Shown here in pieces: positions 27,541 through 36,929 of a stretch of 64,000 bases of DNA. The position numbers and the translations under genes are program-made. How positions within the stretch are numbered: position 1 is the stretch's first letter; each line of letters starts with the position of its first letter. Source of the stretch: Candidatus Latescibacterota bacterium (GTDB lineage: Bacteria; Latescibacterota; UBA2968; UBA8231); contig OZ241867.1 in the NCBI GenBank assembly GCA_965203175.1, positions 3,072,001 to 3,136,000 of the forward strand. The letters run 5' to 3'. The notes below the pieces were generated by a model, which was not told the origin of the DNA, made no database searches, and saw only the letters and a program-made list of their open reading frames with translations.

Positions 27541-29691
27541 CTAGTAAGCGACGGCAAAGACGCCTCGTTGGGTATATTGCTCCTCGGAATCGAGCGTCAA
27601 TTCGTAGATATAGGTGCCGGGCTGAACCAACGCGTCCTGTCCGGCACGGCCATTCCACTCTTGGCTGAAAACCCCGCTGCGCGCCTTGAGCACCGGCAAA
27701 TGCGCCACCAGCCGACCCGCTAAATCGTAGATACGCACCTGTACCGGCCGGTCGGCGGTGACCTCGCGCAGCTTGTAGGCGATGGTCAACGTCTCGTTGA
27801 TCCCATCGCCATTGGGGGTGAACACCGCAGGCACAGCCACATCCACCAGCAGATCACCTCCCACCGGCGTGTTGACCGCCAGCAAGTCGCCAGCAAAGCG
27901 GAACGTGGCATTGCCCGGGTCAATCCGCTGCCGAATCTGATCCGGGTCCGTGCTGCTGAACACCCAGCCGCTGAACTCGGTGCCAAAGCGCAGCACGGGC
28001 ACGTCAAAGGCGACTTCGATCTGTTTGAAGTTGTCGGCGCTGCCCGTCAGGGGAGGGAAGGACACGATCAGGCGATCGTCGAGCAGGTGGGGGACGAACT
28101 GGTCTAGATCGACCGGCTGGCCATCCAGCCGCACGGCGCGCACCGCGTGGACCCGGACATGGGTGAGGATTTCCAAGCGGTCAAAGCCGGCGTTGTCGTC
28201 GTTGAGGGTGGGCAAGACCACATAGGTAAAAGGGGTTGGTTCAAAGGAGTTGACCTCGATAGGCCAGATTTCGCCGACGAGCGCTTGCGCCGACAGGGTT
28301 TCGCTCAACTGCAGGGTGAGTTGATCTAGGCGCGGTGCCACGTGGAAGTCGGCGAACAGCTTGATGGCGAGTTGGATGTATCGGCTGGGACCGGGTGACA
28401 AAAGTAGCATGCCGTCCTGCCAGGCGCTGGCCGGCTGGTTGGGGTCGCGCAGGCCGGCGGCAAAGTCATAGGGCGATGACCAGAAGCTCCAGTTATCGGC
28501 ATCGTAGGTGGGCAGCAGTTGAGCGGCGATATCGATGTTGTCGTATTGGGCGCGAGTGATGGGTATGAGGTCGTCGTTGATATTGGGTGCGAAGTAGAGC
28601 AGCGGATCGGGGGTGTGGCCGGTGCGGGTGCGAATCTCGATGCGAGTGCCTGCGGGCATGTCTCCTTGCCAGCGTATTTTGCCCCAGGTGACGGGTTGGC
28701 CGAAGTCGAGGATGGGCGTCAGATAGGTTGTCTCGTGGACGTAACCATCGCCGTAGATTTCGAATTCGGCGATTTCGTAGTCGCGCAGGGGGAAGGCGCG
28801 CAGGGTGAGCCAGCGAACCGAGCGGATGGGAAAGCGCAGGTCGACGACGGGGTCGAGATTTTCGCGAGTGGTTTTCAGTACCGTCAGTCTGGGGTCGCCA
28901 TTGCGCACCCAGGTCAAGTCACCCAGGACCGTGCGTCGCTTGCTGGTGGCTACAGTGTTGATATTGCGACCTCCGCCGCGGCCGTAGTCGTTGGCATTGC
29001 ATGAGTCGTTGGCAAAGACAATCGAATTATCGCCAATGCGGATCTCATACCAAGCGAGGAAATTTTCGATGAAGCTGTCTTCGCCAAAGGTTTCGACGGC
29101 CGGGGTGGGAGTGCGCATGGTCTCGATTAATGGGCGGTCTTGCCGTCGGCTCAGGCGGGGGTAGAAGCGGATGCGGTTGATGGGCACACCAGCGCCAAAA
29201 TCGAATATAACGGAATTAGTCCAGGTAGATCCTACGCCCGGCGGAGCCCCCTCCTTTTGGACAAAGGCGCGAAAGGCGGCCGTGGTCGGATCGCCATCCA
29301 GCATCAGCTTGATCGAGGGTTGCATGTTGCCCCAGGACCAGCAACTATTGTTATTGAGGACTCTGGAGCCGGGGATATAGGGCAAGGGGATGGTGGCCCT
29401 GCCGGCGTCCACATCGGCCTGGGCGATATTGACGCTGGGGTCAATAAGCTGGGGCTGGATCGAGGTGCCAGAAAAGTCAATCAGCGTATCGGCCCCCGCG
29501 CCAAAGGGCGAAACCCCCACCGATACTTGGCGCTCAACTTGGCCATCGGCAGCAAAGGCTTGGTAGGCGCTTTCCCCGGCTACCTGCCAGGGGTTGCCAT
29601 CGGGGCCCCCTAGGCGGTATTCCGTCCCTCCCAACACAGGCACAGCACCCAGCAAGACGCCGCAAAAACAGAGCAACATTATGCCTGCCAT
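27541..29691 (-). CDS. Secreted FlgD-Ig/CHU_C-like C-terminal domain protein (member 5)
   Basis: SD GAGGGAG; signal peptide; FDFGAGVPINRIRFYP; FTPNGDGINE; ends AVAY. Confidence 0.8.
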   Translation of the reverse strand: MAGIMLLCFCGVLLGAVPVLGGTEYRLGGPDGNPWQVAGESAYQAFAADGQVERQVSVGVSPFGAGADTLIDFSGTSIQPQLIDPSVNIAQADVDAGRATIPLPYIPGSRVLNNNSCWSWGNMQPSIKLMLDGDPTTAAFRAFVQKEGAPPGVGSTWTNSVIFDFGAGVPINRIRFYPRLSRRQDRPLIETMRTPTPAVETFGEDSFIENFLAWYEIRIGDNSIVFANDSCNANDYGRGGGRNINTVATSKRRTVLGDLTWVRNGDPRLTVLKTTRENLDPVVDLRFPIRSVRWLTLRAFPLRDYEIAEFEIYGDGYVHETTYLTPILDFGQPVTWGKIRWQGDMPAGTRIEIRTRTGHTPDPLLYFAPNINDDLIPITRAQYDNIDIAAQLLPTYDADNWSFWSSPYDFAAGLRDPNQPASAWQDGMLLLSPGPSRYIQLAIKLFADFHVAPRLDQLTLQLSETLSAQALVGEIWPIEVNSFEPTPFTYVVLPTLNDDNAGFDRLEILTHVRVHAVRAVRLDGQPVDLDQFVPHLLDDRLIVSFPPLTGSADNFKQIEVAFDVPVLRFGTEFSGWVFSSTDPDQIRQRIDPGNATFRFAGDLLAVNTPVGGDLLVDVAVPAVFTPNGDGINETLTIAYKLREVTADRPVQVRIYDLAGRLVAHLPVLKARSGVFSQEWNGRAGQDALVQPGTYIYELTLDSEEQYTQRGVFAVAY

Positions 29692-29804
29692 GACTCCCTC
29701 CTTGCTGCTTCACCAATACAAAGTGTGCAGTTCAAAGGTTGTGAAGATTAAGTATACAACCAAGCTGAGCATTTAGAAACAAAATTTCTTCCTCGTTTTC
29801 GATT

Positions 29805-31964
29805 TCAATAGGCGACGGCAAAGACGCCCTGTTGGGTGTATTGCTCCTCGGAATCGAGCGTCAATTCGTAGATATAGGTGCCGGGTTGAACCAACGCGTC
29901 CTGCTCATTGCGACCGTTCCACTCCTGGACAAAGACACCACTGCGGGCTTTGACCACCGGCAGGTGCGCCAGCAGCCGACCCGCTAAATCGTAGATACGC
30001 ACCTGCACGGCCCGCTCTACTGTGACCTCGCGCAGCTTGTAGGCGATGGTCAAGGTCTCGTTGATCCCATCGCCGTTGGGGGTAACTACTTGGGGCACTT
30101 GCACATCCACCAGCAGATCACCTCCCACCGGCGTGTTGACCGCCAGCAAGTCGCCAGCAAAGCGGAACGTGGCATTGCCCGGGTCAATCCGCTGCCGAAT
30201 CTGATCCGGGTCCGTGCTGCTGAACACCCAGCCGCTGAACTCAGTGCCAAAGCGCAGCACCGGCACGTCGAAGGCGACTTCGATCTGTTTGAAGTTGTCG
30301 GCGCTGCCCGTCAGGGGAGGGAAGGACACGATCAGGCGATCGTCGAGCAGGTGGGGGACGAACTGGTCTAGATCGACCGGCTGGCCATCCAGCCGCACGG
30401 CGCGCACCGCGTGCGCCCGGACATGGGTGAGGATTTCCAAGCGGTCAAAGCCGGCGTTGTCGTCGTTGAGGGTGGGCAAGACCACATAGGTGAAGGGCGT
30501 GGGTTCAAAGGAGTTGACCTCGATAGGCCAGATTTCGCCGACGAGGGCCTGTGCCGACAGAGTTTCGCTCAACTGTAGGGTGAGTTGATCTAGGCGCGGC
30601 GCCACATTGAGGTCGGCGAAGAGTTTGATGGCGAGTTGGATGTATTGGCTGGGTCCGGGCGACAGCAGCGGGCTCCCGTCCTGCCAGGCGCTGGCCGGCT
30701 GGTCGGGGTCGCGCAAGCCAGCGGCAAAGTCATAGGGCGGCGACCAGAAGCTCCAGTTATCGGCATCGTAGGTGGGGACTAGCCGGGCGGCGATATCGAT
30801 GTTGGCGTGTTCGGCGCGGGTGATGGGTATGAGTTCGTCGTTGACATTGGGTGCGAAGTAGAGCAGCGGATCGGGGGTGTGGCCGGTGCGGGTGCGAATC
30901 TCGATGCGGGTGCCTGCGGGCATGTCGCCTTCCCAGCGTATTTTGCCCCAAGTGACGGGTTGTCCGAAGTCGAGGATGGGGGTTAGGTAGGTTGTCTCGT
31001 GGACGTAGCCGCCCCCATAGATTTCGAATTCGGCGATTTCGTAGTCGCGCAGGGGGAAGGCGCGCAGGGTGAGCCAGCGAACCGGGCGAGTGGAAAAGCG
31101 CAGGTCGACGATGGGGTTGAGATTTTCGCGGGTGGACTCCAGCACTGTCAGCAGGGGATCGCCGCTCCGCACCCACCGCAAGTTGCCCAGCACCGTGCGG
31201 CGCTTGCTGGTGGCCACAGCGCCTATGTCGCGCTTGGAGCTGTCGAAGAGGAAGGTGCTAGTACCGCTGCATGGATCTGGGGCAAAGACGACGGAGTTAT
31301 CGCCGGTGCGGATCTCATACCAAGCGAGAAAATTGTCGAGGAAGCTGTCTTGGCCGAAGCTCTCGACATCTGGAGTCGGTTCCCGCAGGGATTCGATCAG
31401 TTGGCGGTCTTCGCGCTGGCTCAGGCGGGGATAGAAGCGGATGCGATTGATGGGGATTGCGCCGCCAAGATCAAAGACCACGGCTCCCCTCCAGGTAGAG
31501 CCATCTCCAGGCCGGCCCCCGGCCCGTTGCACAAAGGTTCGAAAAGTGGCCGTAGAGGGATCGCCGTCCAGCATTAGTTTGATCGTATTGGCATGTAATT
31601 GCGCCTGACCGCAACTATTAGTAAGGACTCTCGAACCGGGCATATAGGGCAGGGGGATCTCGGTCTTGCTGGCGTGGACATCGGCCCGGGCGATATTGAC
31701 GGAGGGATCAATCAAACGGGGCTGAATGGCTGTGCCGGAGAAATCGACCAGCGTATCGGCCCCCGCGCCAAAGGGCGATATCCTCACTGGCACTTGTCTC
31801 TCTGGCTGGCCGTCGGCATCTTGGATCTGAAAGAAGCTCTCTTTGGTCAAGACCGTCTGCCAATCGTTTCCGCTAATCCCGCCCAGACGGTATTCGGTTG
31901 CACCAAATACGTGCGCAGCACTGAGCGGCATAGTAAAAACGAGAAATAACACAAGCCCTGCCAT
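29805..31964 (-). CDS. Secreted FlgD-Ig/CHU_C-like C-terminal domain protein (member 6; tandem duplicate of member 5)
   Basis: SD AAGGAG before ATG 31964; C-terminal half nearly identical to 27541-29691 at offset 2264 nt; ends AVAY. Confidence 0.8.
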   Translation of the reverse strand: MAGLVLFLVFTMPLSAAHVFGATEYRLGGISGNDWQTVLTKESFFQIQDADGQPERQVPVRISPFGAGADTLVDFSGTAIQPRLIDPSVNIARADVHASKTEIPLPYMPGSRVLTNSCGQAQLHANTIKLMLDGDPSTATFRTFVQRAGGRPGDGSTWRGAVVFDLGGAIPINRIRFYPRLSQREDRQLIESLREPTPDVESFGQDSFLDNFLAWYEIRTGDNSVVFAPDPCSGTSTFLFDSSKRDIGAVATSKRRTVLGNLRWVRSGDPLLTVLESTRENLNPIVDLRFSTRPVRWLTLRAFPLRDYEIAEFEIYGGGYVHETTYLTPILDFGQPVTWGKIRWEGDMPAGTRIEIRTRTGHTPDPLLYFAPNVNDELIPITRAEHANIDIAARLVPTYDADNWSFWSPPYDFAAGLRDPDQPASAWQDGSPLLSPGPSQYIQLAIKLFADLNVAPRLDQLTLQLSETLSAQALVGEIWPIEVNSFEPTPFTYVVLPTLNDDNAGFDRLEILTHVRAHAVRAVRLDGQPVDLDQFVPHLLDDRLIVSFPPLTGSADNFKQIEVAFDVPVLRFGTEFSGWVFSSTDPDQIRQRIDPGNATFRFAGDLLAVNTPVGGDLLVDVQVPQVVTPNGDGINETLTIAYKLREVTVERAVQVRIYDLAGRLLAHLPVVKARSGVFVQEWNGRNEQDALVQPGTYIYELTLDSEEQYTQQGVFAVAY

Positions 31965-31981
31965 AGCGCGCTCCTTAGTAT

Positions 31982-34699
31982 TTAGTCGACTCGCTCTAAT
32001 ATGCGGCCGATGCGGGTTGTGTCCGCGATTTGTTCCCACTCCACCACGGCTTCGTCGTAGCGCTCTAACTGGAAATACGCTTGGCCCAAGGCACCGCGAA
32101 TCTCGGCGGCGTCTGGTGCGTAGGCCGCTGCTTTATGCAAATAGTCGAGGGCACCCTGGGGGTCATTGCGGCGCAAGCAGAGGAGGCCAAGGCCGTACAG
32201 ACCAAGCGCACTTTGCGGTGCTCGGTCTACCATCTCTTGGTAGTGCATCGCAGCCCAATCTAGCCTTCCTTGCGCCATGTACGCCAAACCCAGATCTAAA
32301 AGGGCCTTTTCGTTTTGCGGCTCGCGGTCAATCTGGGCCTGCAGGGATTCGACGCGTTGTTCGAGCCGGCGATACCGTTCAAACCGTTTGTTCGCTTCCT
32401 CAGCCGCTTTTTCATTGCCTTGCCTTGTGTAAAGTTGTGCCAATGCCAACAGCGGCCCGGGTTCCCAGGGTGCCCACCTTGTGGCGTTGCTAAAAGCATT
32501 TGCAGCTTCGGTCAAATGATTGCTTTGCTCATAGGCCCGACCTAGCCAGAAGTACGCCTCCCAATCCTGTATCCGCAAGCTGGCGACCCGCTCAAAGGCC
32601 CGGGCAGCTAAAACGGGCCGATCCAAGTCCAGATAGACTTTGCCGAGCACGAGAAAACTTTCCGCGGATGATGAATCGCGGCGAGCCGCCTCTTCCACAT
32701 ATAGAAGCGCCTCATCGGCTACACCCATGCCGGCATAGAACAATGTGCCCATGCCTAGGTTGGCCAGCTTATGGGTCGGATCCAAGGCCAAGGCCCGATA
32801 GAAGGCGGCGTGGGCTTCACCGTATTGTCCGGCTTGGTAGTATTGGTTGCCGAGGGCTGCAAAATCCGCGGCGCTCCAGTTCGCCGTCTGTGACAAAGCG
32901 ATAAGAGATTCGCTCTGGGGTGGGGGAATAGCTGGTCCTTGCTCAAAGTCATCGCGCCCCTCGTGTACTTTGAGGTAGCGCCGCACCGGCGGTGCAGCAA
33001 TTGTTTGACGGGAGCCTGATGGCCAGTGTATTTCAATTCGCTCTACGGTTTTGTTCGAACCTAGGCCTATCAACGTGCGAGGATCGTGTTGGCCTTGAAA
33101 ACCATAACCGCGAAATACTTCTCTCATTTGCACCTGATCGGCGGTAAAAATCCAGATTCTAGCGCCGATGCCATCCCGGTTGCTGACGTGACCCACCAGT
33201 TCAATACCCAGCCAGTCATTGAAGTTTCCCCCCTCGTTGCGCAGCAGGGTTGGTGCTGCGTTGTGATTTACCACGGCCAGATCGAGATCTCCATCGTTGT
33301 CGTAGTCGCCTTGGGCCGCCGCGCGACTGGCCGCTTCGAGCTGCCAGGCCGCTCCGGCCCGGCGGCCCACTTCTATAAAGTGCCCATGTTGATTTTGATA
33401 GAGAAGGTTGCGCTGTCGGTAGGTCAATCCCGAAGCATGGACTCCCAACTGTGGATAGACGTGGCCGTTAATTACATATAGATCCAGCCAGCCATCGTTG
33501 TCGTAATCCCAAAAAGCGGTCGCCCAACCCAGATAGGGTCGGTCACTGGCACTCAAGCCGGTGGCGTGCGAAACATCCACAAGGCGCATAGAGTCAGTCG
33601 TCGGAGATTGGTTCTGGTACAGGGTATTGTAGTCTTCGGAGAAATTAGTCACAAACAAATCTAGGTCGCCATCGTTGTCGTAATCGCCGCTGTGGACCCC
33701 CATGCCGGCCTGGGGTCGCCCGCTCTCGCTATAGGCTGCCCCGGTCGATTGACCGATTTCGCTGAAGTACCAGTTGCCGTCGTTGCGCAAAATCATATTG
33801 GGCTCACTGTCGTTGGCAACGTAAATGTCTAGGTCGCCGTCGTTATCGAGGTCGCCAAACGCAACTCCTAAACCAGCATAGCTCCACTGGTCTAGGCCGC
33901 TGCTTGCACTCATATCGGCAAAGGTGCCGTCGCCGTTGTTGCGGTAGAGCACATCGGCTTGGGCTGGAACTCCCTGTGGTCCGCACGGTACGGCCAGCCC
34001 TTTGTATTGGCAGGGTTGGCCGTCTTGGGGGGGATGGTGCAAATCTATGTGGAGGTAGTTGGCCACGTAGAGGTCTAGCCAGCCGTCGCTATCCAAATCG
34101 GCAAAAGCCGCACTGGTGCCCCAACCGGGATGATCCACTCCGGCCTGGGCGGCGGTTTCGTCAAAGGTGCTGTTGCCGTTATTGCGGTACAACAGATTGG
34201 GACCCCAATAGGTCACCAATAGGTCGGTATCGCCATCGTTGTCGGTATCGCCAGTAGCGCACCCCATGCCCCAACCCTTGGATAGCAGGCCGCTTTGATG
34301 GGTCACTTCGCGGAAGTGCCTCTGGGCGTTGGGGCCGGGTTCGTTGTGGAAGAGGCGGTTAGTTGCTTGTGGAGGATCCGCGTCTAGCAAGGTGCCGTTG
34401 ACGAAGAAGAGGTCCAGCCACCCATCGTCATCGTAGTCGAGGAAAGCCACGCCAGTGCCCGTAGTTTCCACCAAGAGTTGCGGGTTGTCCTGCCCGGAGA
34501 GATTGGCGAAATCTAGGCCGACTTGGGCTGCCACATCGGTGAATAACACAGGATGACTCTCCTCAGCCATACTCGTTGAGGACAGGTGAGCGGGGGATTG
34601 GACCGAGGCCGACCGAGGCTGTTCCGAAGGGGCCTGTGGGGTGCATCCAACCGCCGGGATTGCGATGAACAGAGCGCGGCCAAGCAGTGTCCTAGACAC
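31982..34699 (-). CDS. CRTAC1-family FG-GAP + ASPIC/UnbV lipoprotein with C-terminal TPR array
   Basis: Lipobox-like AVGC; DYDNDG repeats; NRDGIGARI...HWPSG; then ~300 aa of TPR repeats. Confidence 0.88.
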   Translation of the reverse strand: MSRTLLGRALFIAIPAVGCTPQAPSEQPRSASVQSPAHLSSTSMAEESHPVLFTDVAAQVGLDFANLSGQDNPQLLVETTGTGVAFLDYDDDGWLDLFFVNGTLLDADPPQATNRLFHNEPGPNAQRHFREVTHQSGLLSKGWGMGCATGDTDNDGDTDLLVTYWGPNLLYRNNGNSTFDETAAQAGVDHPGWGTSAAFADLDSDGWLDLYVANYLHIDLHHPPQDGQPCQYKGLAVPCGPQGVPAQADVLYRNNGDGTFADMSASSGLDQWSYAGLGVAFGDLDNDGDLDIYVANDSEPNMILRNDGNWYFSEIGQSTGAAYSESGRPQAGMGVHSGDYDNDGDLDLFVTNFSEDYNTLYQNQSPTTDSMRLVDVSHATGLSASDRPYLGWATAFWDYDNDGWLDLYVINGHVYPQLGVHASGLTYRQRNLLYQNQHGHFIEVGRRAGAAWQLEAASRAAAQGDYDNDGDLDLAVVNHNAAPTLLRNEGGNFNDWLGIELVGHVSNRDGIGARIWIFTADQVQMREVFRGYGFQGQHDPRTLIGLGSNKTVERIEIHWPSGSRQTIAAPPVRRYLKVHEGRDDFEQGPAIPPPQSESLIALSQTANWSAADFAALGNQYYQAGQYGEAHAAFYRALALDPTHKLANLGMGTLFYAGMGVADEALLYVEEAARRDSSSAESFLVLGKVYLDLDRPVLAARAFERVASLRIQDWEAYFWLGRAYEQSNHLTEAANAFSNATRWAPWEPGPLLALAQLYTRQGNEKAAEEANKRFERYRRLEQRVESLQAQIDREPQNEKALLDLGLAYMAQGRLDWAAMHYQEMVDRAPQSALGLYGLGLLCLRRNDPQGALDYLHKAAAYAPDAAEIRGALGQAYFQLERYDEAVVEWEQIADTTRIGRILERVD

Positions 34700-34761
34700 A
34701 TTGCCACCTATGGATTCAAATTGTCGAAACTGACTGCCCTAAAGGATCGCTAACGAATTAA

Positions 34762-34861
34762 CCAATGAACTGGGCTTGATCGAGGTCCGGAAAGGGCGTT
34801 GGAATGGGCGATTGATTATCTTACCATAGTTCTAAAAACCGCGCCCGGCAATCACTTAATC
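34762..34861 (+). pseudogene. Decayed fragment of the GT-C/TPR gene 3' region
   Basis: Aligns to 27178-27278 with about 13 substitutions and 1 deletion (counted by eye). Confidence 0.85.
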
Positions 34862-34885
34862 CCTAGAAAGTCAGGAGGTGTAAGT

Positions 34886-35122
34886 ATGGACAACCGAATT
34901 ACCGTTGATCCTAAAATATGTCACGGCCAAGCATGTATTAAGGGGACGCGCATTCCCGTGCATCAAATCCTCCGGATGCTTGCCAACGGGGATACTATTG
35001 AAGCGCTCCTGCGAGAATATCCTTCTGTGCAATTGGAAGATGTTCTCGCTTGCTTCGACTATGCGGCGTCACTGGCTGAAGAACAGGTGACACCTCTTGA
35101 ACTTCTCTCGGGCGACGCATGA
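34886..35122 (+). CDS. DUF433 family antitoxin
   Basis: SD AGGAGGT; RITVDPKICHGQACIKGTRIPV...L.EYP.V..EDV.AC..YA; ATGA overlap with next gene. Confidence 0.92.
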   Translation: MDNRITVDPKICHGQACIKGTRIPVHQILRMLANGDTIEALLREYPSVQLEDVLACFDYAASLAEEQVTPLELLSGDA

Positions 35123-35475
35123 AGATATTTGTCGATGAGCATATCCCCCTTATGACTGTCCAAGCCCTGCGCATGATGGGGCATGACGTCCGTGATATTC
35201 GCGGCACCCCAGATGAAGGGATGCAAGACGACGCGTTGTGGGAAATGGCGCAGCGGGAAGGACAGTTGTTGATTACGACTGACAAGGGGTTCATGCACTA
35301 CCGGACGATGGCACATCATGGAGTGATTATCATACGGCTACGACGACCGAATCGACGCAGGATACATCAACGCATTATGCAAGCACTGGGGCAATTTGAC
35401 GACGCCGAATGGCCTGGTTTACTAGTGGTCATGCGGGATATTGCACAGAGTACTTGGCGTGTACCGGCGAGCTGA
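35119..35475 (+). CDS. DUF5615 family PIN-like toxin
   Basis: MKIFVDEHIP...GHDV...D..LW..A..E..LLITTDKGF...HHGVIIIR. Confidence 0.9.
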   Translation: MKIFVDEHIPLMTVQALRMMGHDVRDIRGTPDEGMQDDALWEMAQREGQLLITTDKGFMHYRTMAHHGVIIIRLRRPNRRRIHQRIMQALGQFDDAEWPGLLVVMRDIAQSTWRVPAS

Positions 35476-35573
35476 TAACGGCGAACAAGGGTTTACAGGC
35501 GGACGCTTCTCCTGTAGGTCCAGACCGCTCTAGTCAATATAATACAAACGCATTTGCCTGTTACCTAATAGAG

Positions 35574-36929
35574 ATGGAACGCGACCTCGACAATCTGATT
35601 GAAAATCCCCGCGAGGATCTGAACTGTGAGTTGAAGGAATGGCTCGACCTTCAACGGAATGTCGTTCGGGCTAGCATCGCGCGTCACTTGGCGGCTTTGG
35701 CCAATCATGGAGGCGGCTATCTGATTTTCGGATTCAGCGACGATCTGGGACACGCACCGAATAGACCTGATTCTCTCGATAGCTATAGTCATGATGTGTT
35801 TGCAGGGATCGTGAAGCACTATTTGACGCCGACGTTTCAGTGCGGCGTCGAACTCGTTCCTCATAGGAACGGCCAAAAATTCCCGGTCGTTCGGGTGCCG
35901 GGCCACGGACGAGTACCGATCTGCGCGAAGGCGGGCGGGCCGCAGGACGACAAGGGACGGGAACAAGGTATCAAGAAGGGGAGCTATTACATTCGGAAAC
36001 CTGGACCAGAGAGCGCACCGGTCGAAGGCGCTGAAGACTGGGAGCCCCTGATCAGGCGATGCGTGATAAACGACCGGGACAGATTGCTCGGCGACATTAC
36101 TGCCTTGATACAGGCATCAGAAAAGCCGGTACCTGCCGCACAACAGAGACTGGCGGACTGGCATAGGAACGGAGAGAAACGCTTCCTACAGCTATTGTCA
36201 CAGGCCCAAGGAGTTGGTTGGCCGGTAGAGTTCAAAGATCACCGCTATCAGTTGAGTTACCTGATCTCTGCGGACGAGGACGAAAACCTTCCCACAGACT
36301 CACTATGCCAAATTCTGGAAGAGGTAAACAATGAGGTCAGGGACACGGTGTGGACTGGTTGGAGCATGTTCTATCCGTTGAGCGGGACAGAATTTGCACC
36401 GGCAATCCATGCCGAAAATCTCGACGGCACGGGCGATGATGTGCTTGAAGCCAATTTGATTTCGCAACCTGCGTTACCGGAGTTCTGGCGAATCGCGCTC
36501 GATGGAAGGGCGACCCTCGTTCGAGCATACAGAGAAGATCGCGGGAATAAGGTCAGTGCCTTGAACCAGAGGGCGGGAACATGGCTTTCCCCTGAAACGG
36601 TTGTGCGGGAGACAGCGGAGATCGTTACCCATGCGAGGTTGTTGGCGAGACGATTGGAAACCGCGACACGAGTCAGCTTCCGGTTTACTTGGCTCGGCCT
36701 CGAAGGACGAGAACTCCAGAATTTCGATCATAGAATCTATCTGTCTCCTGGATACATCGCACGGGCGAATGTACGCATAACTGAGGGAGAATGGGCCGTG
36801 CCAAAATTGGCAGCCGATTGGCCGAACGTCGTCGCGGAACTAGCCTGCCCGGTGCTTCACCTCTTTGGATTTGAGAGTTGCAGCCCGGAATCTGTAAAGG
36901 GTATGGCACCAAAATTCGTAAAACTGTGA
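35574..36929 (+). CDS. Schlafen/AlbA_2 domain protein with uncharacterised C-terminal domain
   Basis: EDLNCELKEW...HLAALANHGGGYLIFGFSD...YYIRKPG; start inferred at ATG 35574. Confidence 0.8.
   Translation: MERDLDNLIENPREDLNCELKEWLDLQRNVVRASIARHLAALANHGGGYLIFGFSDDLGHAPNRPDSLDSYSHDVFAGIVKHYLTPTFQCGVELVPHRNGQKFPVVRVPGHGRVPICAKAGGPQDDKGREQGIKKGSYYIRKPGPESAPVEGAEDWEPLIRRCVINDRDRLLGDITALIQASEKPVPAAQQRLADWHRNGEKRFLQLLSQAQGVGWPVEFKDHRYQLSYLISADEDENLPTDSLCQILEEVNNEVRDTVWTGWSMFYPLSGTEFAPAIHAENLDGTGDDVLEANLISQPALPEFWRIALDGRATLVRAYREDRGNKVSALNQRAGTWLSPETVVRETAEIVTHARLLARRLETATRVSFRFTWLGLEGRELQNFDHRIYLSPGYIARANVRITEGEWAVPKLAADWPNVVAELACPVLHLFGFESCSPESVKGMAPKFVKL

Noticed and set aside
3005-31964. FlgD-like domains as flagellar hook-capping genes
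   Set aside because: The domain is only a C-terminal module on Sec-signal proteins; no flagellar genes present
27178-34861. Duplicated 100-nt TPR fragment or tandem FlgD genes as DGR template/variable repeats
   Set aside because: Mismatches are not adenine-specific, there is an indel, and no reverse transcriptase is in the window
34799-34885. N-terminal extension of the DUF433 ORF in the ORF track
   Set aside because: It is the decayed TPR fragment; the real start follows SD AGGAGGT at 34886
35409-35573. Extended ORF-track starts (also 4912, 5846, 10508, 20972, 38651, 42521, 32039, 58673)
   Set aside because: They overlap neighbours or lack an SD; downstream starts fit SDs, signal peptides or domain boundaries better
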